Source: a bacterium (lineage in GTDB: Bacteria; UBA8248; JACPRG01; G963555815). From it: a stretch of 64,000 nt of DNA. A program made the translations under genes and the position numbers. Under the pieces are notes generated by a model. That model ran no database searches. It was not told where the DNA came from and was given only the letters and a program-made list of their open reading frames with translations. The stretch is taken from contig CBDFMI010000006.1 of the NCBI GenBank assembly GCA_965249615.1, forward strand, positions 9,933-73,932, given 5' to 3'. The stretch's first letter is position 1; every line of letters begins with the position of its first letter. This document shows, piece after piece, positions 19,250 through 25,912 of the stretch.

Positions 19250-19465
19250 TCAGTCCTGAATCTCTTGAGACCTTGGGCCTTTAGGCAGGTCTGAAGGTAT
19301 GGGGCTGAGAAGGTGGGAATCCGGGCAAGGGCTCATGGGGTCGAGTAAGAGGGTCAGAACGTGGGACGGAGGGTATAAAAGCCTTTAGGACCTTAAAAGC
19401 TCTATAACGTCTTTAGGTCTTTAGGACCTTATAAGGTCTTTAAGGTCTTAAGGGTCTTATACCTG
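19100..19465. repeat. right arm of large inverted repeat (end of module B)
   Basis: See the left arm. Includes GTGTGAA 19101-19107 and ATGTGAA 19112-19118. Confidence 0.85.
19385..19462. repeat. mirror array of GGTCT/GGTCC (AAGACC) short repeats
   Basis: aggaccttaaaag...gtctttaggtctttaggaccttataaggtctttaaggtcttaagggtctta. Confidence 0.8.
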
Positions 19466-19936
19466 GGGCGGATTCTTCGGGAAGGTGGAGCGGTTCATCC
19501 TGGCCCGGAGGAATTGCCAAGCGAAGGACGGGCCCCAGACAGATGGGCCCTTGGGTGGAATTACAAGCTGGCCCTGGCGGGCGCGAGACCTCAAAACCTC
19601 ACTCCCGGTGATGGGCGGCCCAGAGGGCTCCGTGTTAATGGATGAGCCGTTGTCTAGGCGGACCACGTTGAAGGGCGGCGAGCCCTTCGGGCTGATGGGC
19701 CACCTGTCAGTCAAGTATTTCCTGAAGCTGAAGGGGCCCAAGTTGAACACGCGGGCGCGGCAGACTCCGTTGAAATTGTCGCTGATATAAACCCTCTCTT
19801 CTTTCCCCCAACGCCAAGGGCGACCATGCCACGCGAGGCGGTAGGGGAACCCGCCCTTGAACCTGTAAAGGCCCTCAAAACCCTTGAACATCTGGGCCGT
19901 CTTCCCCTCGCGGCGGTGGCGCGTCTCAATTCTCAT
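19457..19936 (-). CDS. hypothetical basic protein (159 aa) ending at the repeat array
   Basis: Last gene of the RHH-led minus-strand operon. Trp/Arg-rich. No motif recognised. Confidence 0.45.
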   Translation of the reverse strand: MRIETRHRREGKTAQMFKGFEGLYRFKGGFPYRLAWHGRPWRWGKEERVYISDNFNGVCRARVFNLGPFSFRKYLTDRWPISPKGSPPFNVVRLDNGSSINTEPSGPPITGSEVLRSRARQGQLVIPPKGPSVWGPSFAWQFLRARMNRSTFPKNPPQV

Positions 19937-19947
19937 CGTTCCCCCTT

Positions 19948-20133
19948 TTAGCCTTCAGAATAGAGCCACGGGGCGATCTTCAAGGCGAGCCACGTCCGGG
20001 CCTCGTTGATTCTGCCCTTGATTCTCCGCCAGATGGTGGGCTCTGTCGGGGAGGTCTTCAAGAACGGGGATTCCCCGACGTTATTGGCAAGCTCCTGCGC
20101 CCATCGCTCGTTGTAAAACTTGTGAATTATCAC
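19948..20133 (-). CDS. hypothetical protein (61 aa)
   Basis: Start overlaps the stop of the RHH gene. Confidence 0.4.
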   Translation of the reverse strand: MIIHKFYNERWAQELANNVGESPFLKTSPTEPTIWRRIKGRINEARTWLALKIAPWLYSEG

Positions 20134-20345
20134 CGTCTCTCCCTCCTGAGCCAGTTCTTCACGATTTCCCGGATCAACGCGCTTCTGGAGATTCCCCGCT
20201 TCTCCGCCGCCCGGTCCAGAGCCCCCAGGTCCCCGTCTAGGAACGCGGCCTTTATCACCTGAAGCATGGGGCCGCCTGGGCCTGAAAGGGGCGGACGCCC
20301 CGCGCCCGGCATTTTTCCACCTCGTCCGTTGGGCTTCTTCTTCAT
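20130..20345 (-). CDS. ribbon-helix-helix (CopG/Arc-like) DNA-binding protein
   Basis: ...VIKAAFLDGDLGALDRAAEKRGISRSALIREIVKNWLRRE is a typical RHH core, preceded by a Gly/Pro/Lys-rich N-tail. Confidence 0.6.
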   Translation of the reverse strand: MKKKPNGRGGKMPGAGRPPLSGPGGPMLQVIKAAFLDGDLGALDRAAEKRGISRSALIREIVKNWLRRERR

Positions 20346-20396
20346 ACCCCTGGAATATGGCCTAAATCTTTTTTGATTGCAAGGCCCATTTTTCTA

Positions 20397-20426
20397 TTGA
20401 CACGATAGATTAGATGACCATATATT
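20397..20426 (+). promoter_or_regulatory. sigma70-like promoter in the divergent region between the RHH gene and the 216-aa gene
   Basis: TTGACA (20397-20402), 17-18 nt spacer, ATATAT/TATATT (20420-20426). Nearby TTCTATT direct repeats. Confidence 0.45.
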
Positions 20427-20477
20427 CTATTTAGGTTTTGGGGTTGGCCCAGGCCGCAACGAGAAGGAGGACTGACA

Positions 20478-21128
20478 ATGGGGATCACGATTCATTTTAA
20501 GCTCAGGTTTAAGGGGTCAGAAGAAGAGGCAAAAGGAACCCTGGAAAAGCTCAGGGTTGAGGCAAAGGCTCTGCCTTTTGCCGATGTCTCTGACATTCAC
20601 CCCCTCTGGCCGGATTTCGATAATTGTCCGGAGCGGGACAGGTGGGCGTCAATCCAATATCAAACCTACAAAGAAACCCCCATGACACTTGAAGAAGCTG
20701 TGGGGTTTGGGTGGTCCCAGGATAGATGGGAAAAAGAAAAGCCCGTCTCTAGCATCGGGATTTCCCCTTCAAAAGGGTGGTATTTCGAGGCCGATCCAGG
20801 CGAGGGGAGCGAGCCCGTCAACGTTGGTCTAGCCATCTACCCCCGCAGTCGCATCTGGAAAGGCGGGGCCTTCTGCAAAACCCAATACGCAGAGGACTTT
20901 TTCGCCGCCCATGCGTTGGTGGTGGCCTTGCTGGACCTATGCCAACTCCACGGAATCCTTGCTTCGGTTCACGATGAGGGCGGCTATTGGCGGAGCCGAA
21001 ACTTGGGCCAACTGGCGGCCGCTTTCGGGGAAAGCACGGCCATGATTTCCAGTTTCGCCAGAAAGCTCCAAGGACAATTTGGAAAAGAGAATGTTGGCGG
21101 TAAGGCTGTGGAGTTATTGGCAAGTTAG
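20478..21128 (+). CDS. hypothetical protein (216 aa)
   Basis: GAAGGAGG RBS. Protein-like composition. No domain recognised. Confidence 0.55.
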   Translation: MGITIHFKLRFKGSEEEAKGTLEKLRVEAKALPFADVSDIHPLWPDFDNCPERDRWASIQYQTYKETPMTLEEAVGFGWSQDRWEKEKPVSSIGISPSKGWYFEADPGEGSEPVNVGLAIYPRSRIWKGGAFCKTQYAEDFFAAHALVVALLDLCQLHGILASVHDEGGYWRSRNLGQLAAAFGESTAMISSFARKLQGQFGKENVGGKAVELLAS

Positions 21129-21181
21129 GGGCCTTAAATTGGGGCCGGGCGATGGGGTCCGGCCCTTTGGAGGATTCTAAA

Positions 21182-21388
21182 ATGGGAAAGATTCTAAGGT
21201 GCCCCGAATGCAAAGAGGAAGACGCGAACATCCAGGAGGTTGCGAAGGTCTGGAATGAGGTCAGCCTGGATGAAGACGGGGCTGTGGTTTTGGATCGTCA
21301 GTCCGGCGACCTGGAAAATATCGGGTGGCTTTGCGCTAGTTGTGATGCGGAGTTTCACAACCTCGACCTTTTGATCGTCAACGCCTGA
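21182..21388 (+). CDS. zinc-ribbon protein (68 aa)
   Basis: MGKILRCPECKEE...WLCASCDAEF has two CxxC pairs. GGAGG lies upstream of ATG 21182. Confidence 0.5.
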   Translation: MGKILRCPECKEEDANIQEVAKVWNEVSLDEDGAVVLDRQSGDLENIGWLCASCDAEFHNLDLLIVNA

Positions 21389-21400
21389 AAGGAGGAAGAA

Positions 21401-21595
21401 ATGGCAACCCATGAGATCACGGGGAAAGAATTGGATGTCTGCATTCCAGAAGAAGGGGCCTGGGGCGAGCTCTTAGGCGTGGGCCCCGTCCTGGTGTTAA
21501 TCCCTTCAAACCCCAACGGCCGCATCCGAGCCTTTGAGTCTCACAACGTGGACTCTGGGGAATTGGTGACGGCAATCGTGGACGAGGGGAAATAA
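21401..21595 (+). CDS. hypothetical protein (64 aa)
   Basis: AGGAGGAAGAA RBS. Last gene before the terminator. Confidence 0.45.
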   Translation: MATHEITGKELDVCIPEEGAWGELLGVGPVLVLIPSNPNGRIRAFESHNVDSGELVTAIVDEGK

Positions 21596-21617
21596 GGCCG
21601 CTTGTGCCCTTGCATCT

Positions 21618-21649
21618 GGGGGAGGGGGGAGACCCCTTCCCCCTTTTTT
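21618..21649 (+). terminator. rho-independent terminator
   Basis: G-rich stem GGGGGAGGGGGG...CCCCTTCCCCC followed by TTTTTT (21644-21649). Confidence 0.6.
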
Positions 21650-21669
21650 GTGCCCGTGTCGGCTCCCCC

Positions 21670-22029
21670 CTACATAATCCCCGTTGGGATCTTGTTTCGG
21701 ATCGTCTGCAATTCCTCATTGATCTGGCCAAGGTCCCCCGACATCGTTTTGAGGACCCCCAAGGTTTCACGCTGGACCTCAACGAAAGTCCCCAGGACCT
21801 CGCGGAGTGCCCGCGCTTCTTCAAGATGGACGTTGAGGGCCCCATAGATCGCGGTCGCGGCCCCGGCGACCCGGCGGACCTCTATCGTCTGTCTTTCGAT
21901 GGCCCGGACGTGGGCAAGATGGATCTCACAGGCCATCCCCACGTCGTCCCGCTTTTGCCTTACAGTCAACTGGAAGGCCCTGAGCCAATTTTCCAGCGTG
22001 TCCAAGGTGTGGGGCTTTGTCTCCTTCAT
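21670..22029 (-). CDS. hypothetical coiled-coil protein (119 aa)
   Basis: ORF with protein-like composition. Last gene of the long minus-strand run of module B. Confidence 0.45.
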   Translation of the reverse strand: MKETKPHTLDTLENWLRAFQLTVRQKRDDVGMACEIHLAHVRAIERQTIEVRRVAGAATAIYGALNVHLEEARALREVLGTFVEVQRETLGVLKTMSGDLGQINEELQTIRNKIPTGIM

Positions 22030-22073
22030 CCTTTTCCCTCCTTCCCATCAAGCGGGTATCCCATCACCCGGTT

Positions 22074-22454
22074 CTACCTGAGCCCGTGGTCGTGTTCCCT
22101 CTTGGGCCCATCAGGCCGATCTTGCCGGAGTGCGGCCTTTAGTATTTCTTCGGCTTCAAGCACAAGGCTCTGCTCAAAGTCTGGCGAGCCCAACCACTCT
22201 TCAAGTTTCTTTCTCGCCTTCTCGGCCTCCGTCTCAAGCTCCGCCAGGAGTTGCCCGCACGTCTTCCAGGTGGTCCCCATCACCCCGCCCTCGTCCAAGT
22301 CCATCCCTAAAGCTAGACACGCCCTCTTCCTGGCAGACCTTAATGATTTCTCGGTCTGATCACACCCATCGCCCAGGTTGGCAATCGCCAGTTCCATGGC
22401 CGAGATGCTTTCATGGCAAGCGGCCGCGAGTTCGTTTATTGAAAGCTCGCCCAT
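22074..22454 (-). CDS. hypothetical protein (126 aa)
   Basis: TGATG overlap with the upstream 47-aa ORF. Confidence 0.45.
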   Translation of the reverse strand: MGELSINELAAACHESISAMELAIANLGDGCDQTEKSLRSARKRACLALGMDLDEGGVMGTTWKTCGQLLAELETEAEKARKKLEEWLGSPDFEQSLVLEAEEILKAALRQDRPDGPKREHDHGLR

Positions 22455-22597
22455 CACTCCCCCTTCGCCTTTTCAACTGCCCGTTTAAGAATTAGATGGG
22501 CCTCAACCACCTTGTCGTCGTCCGGGTTGATTCCGCCGAGCCACTCTTTGAGTAAATCCATGGCCTCTTCAGCATCATCCAGTAATTCGTTGCCCAT
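22454..22597 (-). CDS. hypothetical protein (47 aa)
   Basis: MGNELLDDAEEAMDLLKEWLGGINPDDDKVVEAHLILKRAVEKAKGE. GGAGGG RBS. Not in the ORF track (under 60 aa). Confidence 0.35.
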   Translation of the reverse strand: MGNELLDDAEEAMDLLKEWLGGINPDDDKVVEAHLILKRAVEKAKGE

Positions 22598-22727
22598 CAA
22601 GCCCTCCTAGTTCCAGTTCGCCGGGTGGCTCTTCAAGATATAGACGTCAATGTCTATCTCTTCGCAGTTGCATTCTTCCAGGGGGACGTCGTTCTTCCCG
22701 TAGGGGCAATCGTCGTCATGCACAAGT

Positions 22728-22919
22728 TCAAGCTCGACCTCGCTCCCCCCTCCACCTATAAGAAAACACAAAAACAAAAAGCACCCCCACCCCCGCGACC
22801 ACAGCCACCGGGAGGACGTTCACCACGAAAAGGAACCCGATCAACCGCATGAGGGCGTCCCAGGGGGCGGCCTGGATTGCTTGCCATCCAAGAGACAGCC
22901 CTTCCACAAACCCCATCAC
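22728..22919 (-). CDS. small membrane protein (63 aa, two hydrophobic segments)
   Basis: ...LIGFLFVVNVLPVAVVAGVGVLFVFVF... ATGA-type overlap with the upstream ORF. Confidence 0.45.
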   Translation of the reverse strand: MMGFVEGLSLGWQAIQAAPWDALMRLIGFLFVVNVLPVAVVAGVGVLFVFVFSYRWRGERGRA

Positions 22920-23200
22920 GCCTCCTTTTTCCTTCTCTCTGTTTCTTCCTCTATGGCCTTATCACAACAAACCGGGGACCCGTTTTCATCTAAGGCCGCC
23001 TCCCACCCGTAGCCACAAAATGAACACTCAATACTGGTGTCCCAAACAACATGGACATCAGATATTTCATCAACGTGCCTATTTATTTCGGCCCGGAGCT
23101 TTTGGCAGTTCTCGCGTGATTCATCTGGCGTGGGAGTGGAAATCTTGTTTTCGTAGGGGTAAACCACCGCCCTAAAATTACTCCTAACCTCCTTTTTCAC
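22916..23200 (-). CDS. hypothetical Cys-containing protein (94 aa)
   Basis: ...IECSFCGYGWEAALDENGSPVCCDKAIEEE. Confidence 0.45.
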   Translation of the reverse strand: MKKEVRSNFRAVVYPYENKISTPTPDESRENCQKLRAEINRHVDEISDVHVVWDTSIECSFCGYGWEAALDENGSPVCCDKAIEEETERRKKEA

Positions 23201-23277
23201 TCACGCCTCCCTTCCGGCTTGGGTGAGGGTGTAGGTCACAAAAGAATATCTGTATGTTTGGTTGGTTGAAATGAGCC

Positions 23278-23436
23278 TTATTCTGTCCATCCAATAAAAT
23301 TCTTCCGGCGGAATCCGAACTTTTTTTCATCACAACCCCCAACCAAATAGGCCGTGCTTGTGTCGTGGTGAAAGACTAACTCCCACCCCTTCTTCATCAA
23401 CTCCACGACCTCTCGCTGGCGGGGGGATAGGTTCAT
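23278..23436 (-). CDS. hypothetical protein (52 aa)
   Basis: MNLSPRQREVVELMKKGWELVFHHDTSTAYLVGGCDEKKFGFRRKNFIGWTE. AAGGAGG RBS shared with copy A. Confidence 0.4.
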   Translation of the reverse strand: MNLSPRQREVVELMKKGWELVFHHDTSTAYLVGGCDEKKFGFRRKNFIGWTE

Positions 23437-23448
23437 TCGCAAGCCTCC

Positions 23449-23562
23449 TTAATCACAGCACGTTGCCAGGAGCGTCTTGCACTCCGCGCAGTAGTCTTTG
23501 CCCTTGATTCGGATGACCTCACGGATACACCCGCAAGTCCCGCAATACTCCTGGGGGGTCAT
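23449..23562 (-). CDS. 37-aa zinc-ribbon protein, paralog of 15235-15348
   Basis: MTPQEYCGTCGCIREVIRIKGKDYCAECKTLLATCCD. Confidence 0.6.
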   Translation of the reverse strand: MTPQEYCGTCGCIREVIRIKGKDYCAECKTLLATCCD

Positions 23563-23660
23563 GGCATCTGCCCTACCGCAAAGGCCGCCCCACCACGACA
23601 GCAATTACTTCCCCACCCCTCACAAGCCGTGTGCAGTTCGTCGCTGGTTAGTTCACCCAT
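23559..23660 (-). CDS. hypothetical Cys-rich peptide (33 aa)
   Basis: MGELTSDELHTACEGWGSNCCRGGAAFAVGQMP. ATGA overlap with the next gene. Confidence 0.3.
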   Translation of the reverse strand: MGELTSDELHTACEGWGSNCCRGGAAFAVGQMP

Positions 23661-23691
23661 CACGGCAACCTCCGTAGGATGAAGGTCTCCA

Positions 23692-23859
23692 TCAGAACGC
23701 CATCCCGAAAGAGAAAGCGGCAAGGAAGGCAAAGCCCCAATAAACCGACACCCTGAAAATGTGAAAGCCCCGGTTTTCGGGCGGGTTGAACTGCATTGAC
23801 GAGACCATCCAGAGACACGCCTGAAGCGAGAAGACGCCCCCGGCAAGCCATAGGTTCAT
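23692..23859 (-). CDS. small membrane protein (55 aa)
   Basis: MNLWLAGGVFSLQACLWMV...VYWGFAFLAAFSFGMAF has two hydrophobic segments. Confidence 0.45.
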   Translation of the reverse strand: MNLWLAGGVFSLQACLWMVSSMQFNPPENRGFHIFRVSVYWGFAFLAAFSFGMAF

Positions 23860-24074
23860 AGGTCCTCCTTGGGCTGGTCCCCAAAGAAAAGGTCCCAATG
23901 GTAATAGACCTCGTTTTGGGCGTCCTTGAAGGATCGGGCGTAGAAATCCGCAACGTGATGCCAGCCCTCATCCTCCTTCATCTTCCTGTAGTCTGAGCAG
24001 ATTGCGATGCGGTCCCCTGTGCCGGACCCCTTGTCTATCCAAAGGGAGAATCTAGACTTTTCTTTCTCGCTCAT
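23856..24074 (-). CDS. hypothetical protein (72 aa)
   Basis: ATGA overlaps at both ends. Confidence 0.45.
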   Translation of the reverse strand: MSEKEKSRFSLWIDKGSGTGDRIAICSDYRKMKEDEGWHHVADFYARSFKDAQNEVYYHWDLFFGDQPKEDL

Positions 24075-24277
24075 CCCGTCTCCTTTTTGTCCCTCTTGGG
24101 CTCCGGCTCTGCGAGGTCGAGGGTGTGCCTCATGGATCTCAGGCCGCGCTTAACCTTGGCCCTCTTGGCCATCAGGTCCTTGATCTGTGTGTCAAGGTCG
24201 GCCACGTCGTCCTCCGCGTTCTTAATGGCTTGCTCGAGCGCGGGCCCATAGGTGGTATCAGGGTCTTTCCCCATCAT
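24071..24277 (-). CDS. hypothetical coiled-coil protein (68 aa), TYGPALE family
   Basis: MMGKDPDTTYGPALEQAIKNAEDDVADLDTQIKDLMAKR... Its N-terminus is shared with 14226-14366. Confidence 0.5.
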   Translation of the reverse strand: MMGKDPDTTYGPALEQAIKNAEDDVADLDTQIKDLMAKRAKVKRGLRSMRHTLDLAEPEPKRDKKETG

Positions 24278-24288
24278 TCCTCCTTTCG

Positions 24289-24453
24289 TTATTCCTCGAT
24301 CACATTCTCATCGCGTGAGAGGTTCGTAGGGGATGGCTTGGGAGCCTCGTAGCCTTGGAGCCTCTCCCGCATACAGCTTTCATGGATCGGGGTCCCAGAC
24401 TCCGGGACCTCAACGGGCTTGCCACAATGGGCACACTTGGTCGTCGTCTCCAC
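24289..24453 (-). CDS. hypothetical small Cys protein (54 aa, GTG start)
   Basis: AAGGAGG RBS then GTG. VETTTKCAHCGKPVEVPESGTPIHESC... Confidence 0.4.
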   Translation of the reverse strand: METTTKCAHCGKPVEVPESGTPIHESCMRERLQGYEAPKPSPTNLSRDENVIEE

Positions 24454-24471
24454 GTCTAGGTCCTCCTTTGA

Positions 24472-24551
24472 GTGTGAAGAAAGTGTGAAGATCGGGGCGG
24501 TATTCAGCGGTCTTTGGCGAACGCCGGCGGAATCCGGCAAACCGGGCAAGC
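24472..24551. repeat. module-B left-end block (mirror of 14128-14207)
   Basis: GTGTGAA at 24472-24478 and 24483-24489. The 59-nt block lies at 24493-24551. Confidence 0.8.
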
Positions 24552-24647
24552 ATTTGAATGTCCGGGGATAACCTTGTTTTACAAGCGGGTGGGGATTTCG
24601 TAAAATGGGGGTCGAGACGACTTAAAATCCTCGAGGGTTTAGTCCCT

Positions 24648-24676
24648 ATGTGGGTTCGACTCCCACCCCGGCACCA
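24648..24676 (+). other. tRNA 3'-end-like fragment (T-arm plus acceptor strand plus CCA-like end), putative att remnant
   Basis: GTGGG-TTCGACT-CCCAC is a perfect T stem-loop, followed by CCCGGCACCA. I could not fold a matching 5' acceptor strand, D-arm or clean anticodon arm upstream. Confidence 0.45.
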
Positions 24677-24733
24677 TAAAATCAACGGGTTACGTGGAAT
24701 CTGTGAACCGAGGACCCACTGCAACCTTTTCCA

Positions 24734-24762
24734 TTGACGTGAAGGTCTTGCTCGGGTAGACT
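24734..24762 (+). promoter_or_regulatory. sigma70-like promoter candidate for carAB
   Basis: TTGACG (24734-24739), 17-nt spacer, TAGACT (24757-24762). Confidence 0.4.
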
Positions 24763-24808
24763 CCGCGCACTTTAAGCGGAGGTCGACCTTCCGGTCCGGC
24801 TTACCAAA

Positions 24809-25909
24809 ATGAGCACTGGTTCAAACAAGGCAATCCTCGTCCTGGAAGATGGTCGCACCTTCCTTGGCCGGGGCATCGGAGCGGACTCAGACGCCGCCGG
24901 AGAACTGGTGTTCAACACCAGCATGGCCGGCTATCTGGAGATCCTGACCGACCCGTCCTATGTCGGCCAGATGGTCGTCATGACCTATCCTCAGATCGGC
25001 AACTACGGTATTCACCCCGAACAGATGGAATCTGAAAGGTCCGGGGCGGAAGCCTTCATCGTCCGAGAGCTTTCGGCCCCCAAAGGCCATTGGCGCGCCA
25101 CGGGAAGCTTGGAGGAGTTGATGCGGGCTTGCGGCACCCCCGGCATCCACGGGATCGACACTCGGGCCCTGACCCTGCACATCCGCCAGGCCGGGCCTCT
25201 TCGGGCCGTTCTCTCCAGGACGGAGCTTGATCCGAAGCCTTTGTTAGAGCGAGCCCGCTCCCTCCCCCGAACGGACGGTAGGGATCTCGTCTCCGGCGTG
25301 ACCTGCCTGGAGCCCCATGACTTCGGCGCGCCTCCCGGGGCGGGCCGCCCTCTACTGGGGGTCTATGACTTCGGCGTCAAGCGGGCGATCCTGCAACAGC
25401 TTGCAGAATATTTTGCCCTGCGGGTCTATCCGTCCAACGTCCCCGCCAAAGAGGTCCTGGCGGACGGCCCGGCGGCCGTCTTCCTCTCCAATGGGCCGGG
25501 CGATCCGGCGGCGCTCTCCACTCCCATCGACAACATAAAATCCCTCTTGGGCCGTGCGCCCATCGCTGGGATCTGCCTGGGGCACCAGTTGGCCGCCCTG
25601 GCCATCGGGGCCCGGACGTACAAGATGAAGTTCGGCCACCATGGGGGGAACCACCCCGTGCAGGACCTGAGCACCGGGTCAGTTCGAATTGGCGTCCACA
25701 ACCACTCCTTCGCCGTGGATGAGAAGAGTCTTCCGCCAGGGGTCCAGGTGAGCCACCGCAGCCTCAACGACGAAACCTTGGAGGGGCTTGTCTGCGAGGA
25801 CCCTCCCCTCTGGACCGTGCAGTACCACCCCGAGGCCTCCCCGGGACCTCACGACGGTCATGACCTTTTCCCGGCAATGAAAGACTGGCTTCTGAATCGG
25901 ATAGGCTAA
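24809..25909 (+). CDS. carA: carbamoyl-phosphate synthase small (glutaminase) subunit
   Basis: ...GICLGHQLAALAIGARTYKMKFGHHGGNHPV...QYHPEASPGPHD is the class I GATase triad region. Confidence 0.95.
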   Translation: MSTGSNKAILVLEDGRTFLGRGIGADSDAAGELVFNTSMAGYLEILTDPSYVGQMVVMTYPQIGNYGIHPEQMESERSGAEAFIVRELSAPKGHWRATGSLEELMRACGTPGIHGIDTRALTLHIRQAGPLRAVLSRTELDPKPLLERARSLPRTDGRDLVSGVTCLEPHDFGAPPGAGRPLLGVYDFGVKRAILQQLAEYFALRVYPSNVPAKEVLADGPAAVFLSNGPGDPAALSTPIDNIKSLLGRAPIAGICLGHQLAALAIGARTYKMKFGHHGGNHPVQDLSTGSVRIGVHNHSFAVDEKSLPPGVQVSHRSLNDETLEGLVCEDPPLWTVQYHPEASPGPHDGHDLFPAMKDWLLNRIG

Positions 25910-25912
25910 ACC

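Larger units (their letters stand above)
10187..24700. mobile_element. decayed prophage-like genomic island (composite)
   Basis: The left edge truncates the SDR gene. The right edge carries a tRNA 3'-end-like fragment. Inside are terminase and portal remnants, an IS1595-like element, an MTase-HNH gene, many small orphan ORFs and AT-richer stretches. Confidence 0.65.

Noticed and set aside
18596-19462. Short-repeat arrays considered as a CRISPR array
   Set aside because: The repeat unit is only about 9 bp with no unique spacers between copies. The copies are partly inverted, the two arrays mirror each other, and no cas genes are present.
18590-19465. A hairpin-telomere or protelomerase target, an integrated filamentous phage, or a ParMRC-type partition locus
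   Set aside because: No protelomerase, Zot-like ATPase or coat genes, or actin-like/Walker partition ATPase is encoded anywhere in the island. Only the repeat architecture is suggestive.
18590-19465. Fold-back chimeric assembly as the sole explanation of the inverted structure
   Set aside because: The two sides are clearly diverged outside short patches. They differ in genes, in indels and in an IS present on only one side, which an artefactual fold-back of a single template would not produce. Read support should still be checked.
24560-24680. An intact tRNA-Leu(UAA) or tmRNA ending at 24676
   Set aside because: Only the T-arm and the 3' acceptor strand fold properly. There is no complementary 5' acceptor strand or D-arm. 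The candidate anticodon stem has a C-C mismatch, and the 3' end lacks the tmRNA-type G-U/…TCCACCA signature.
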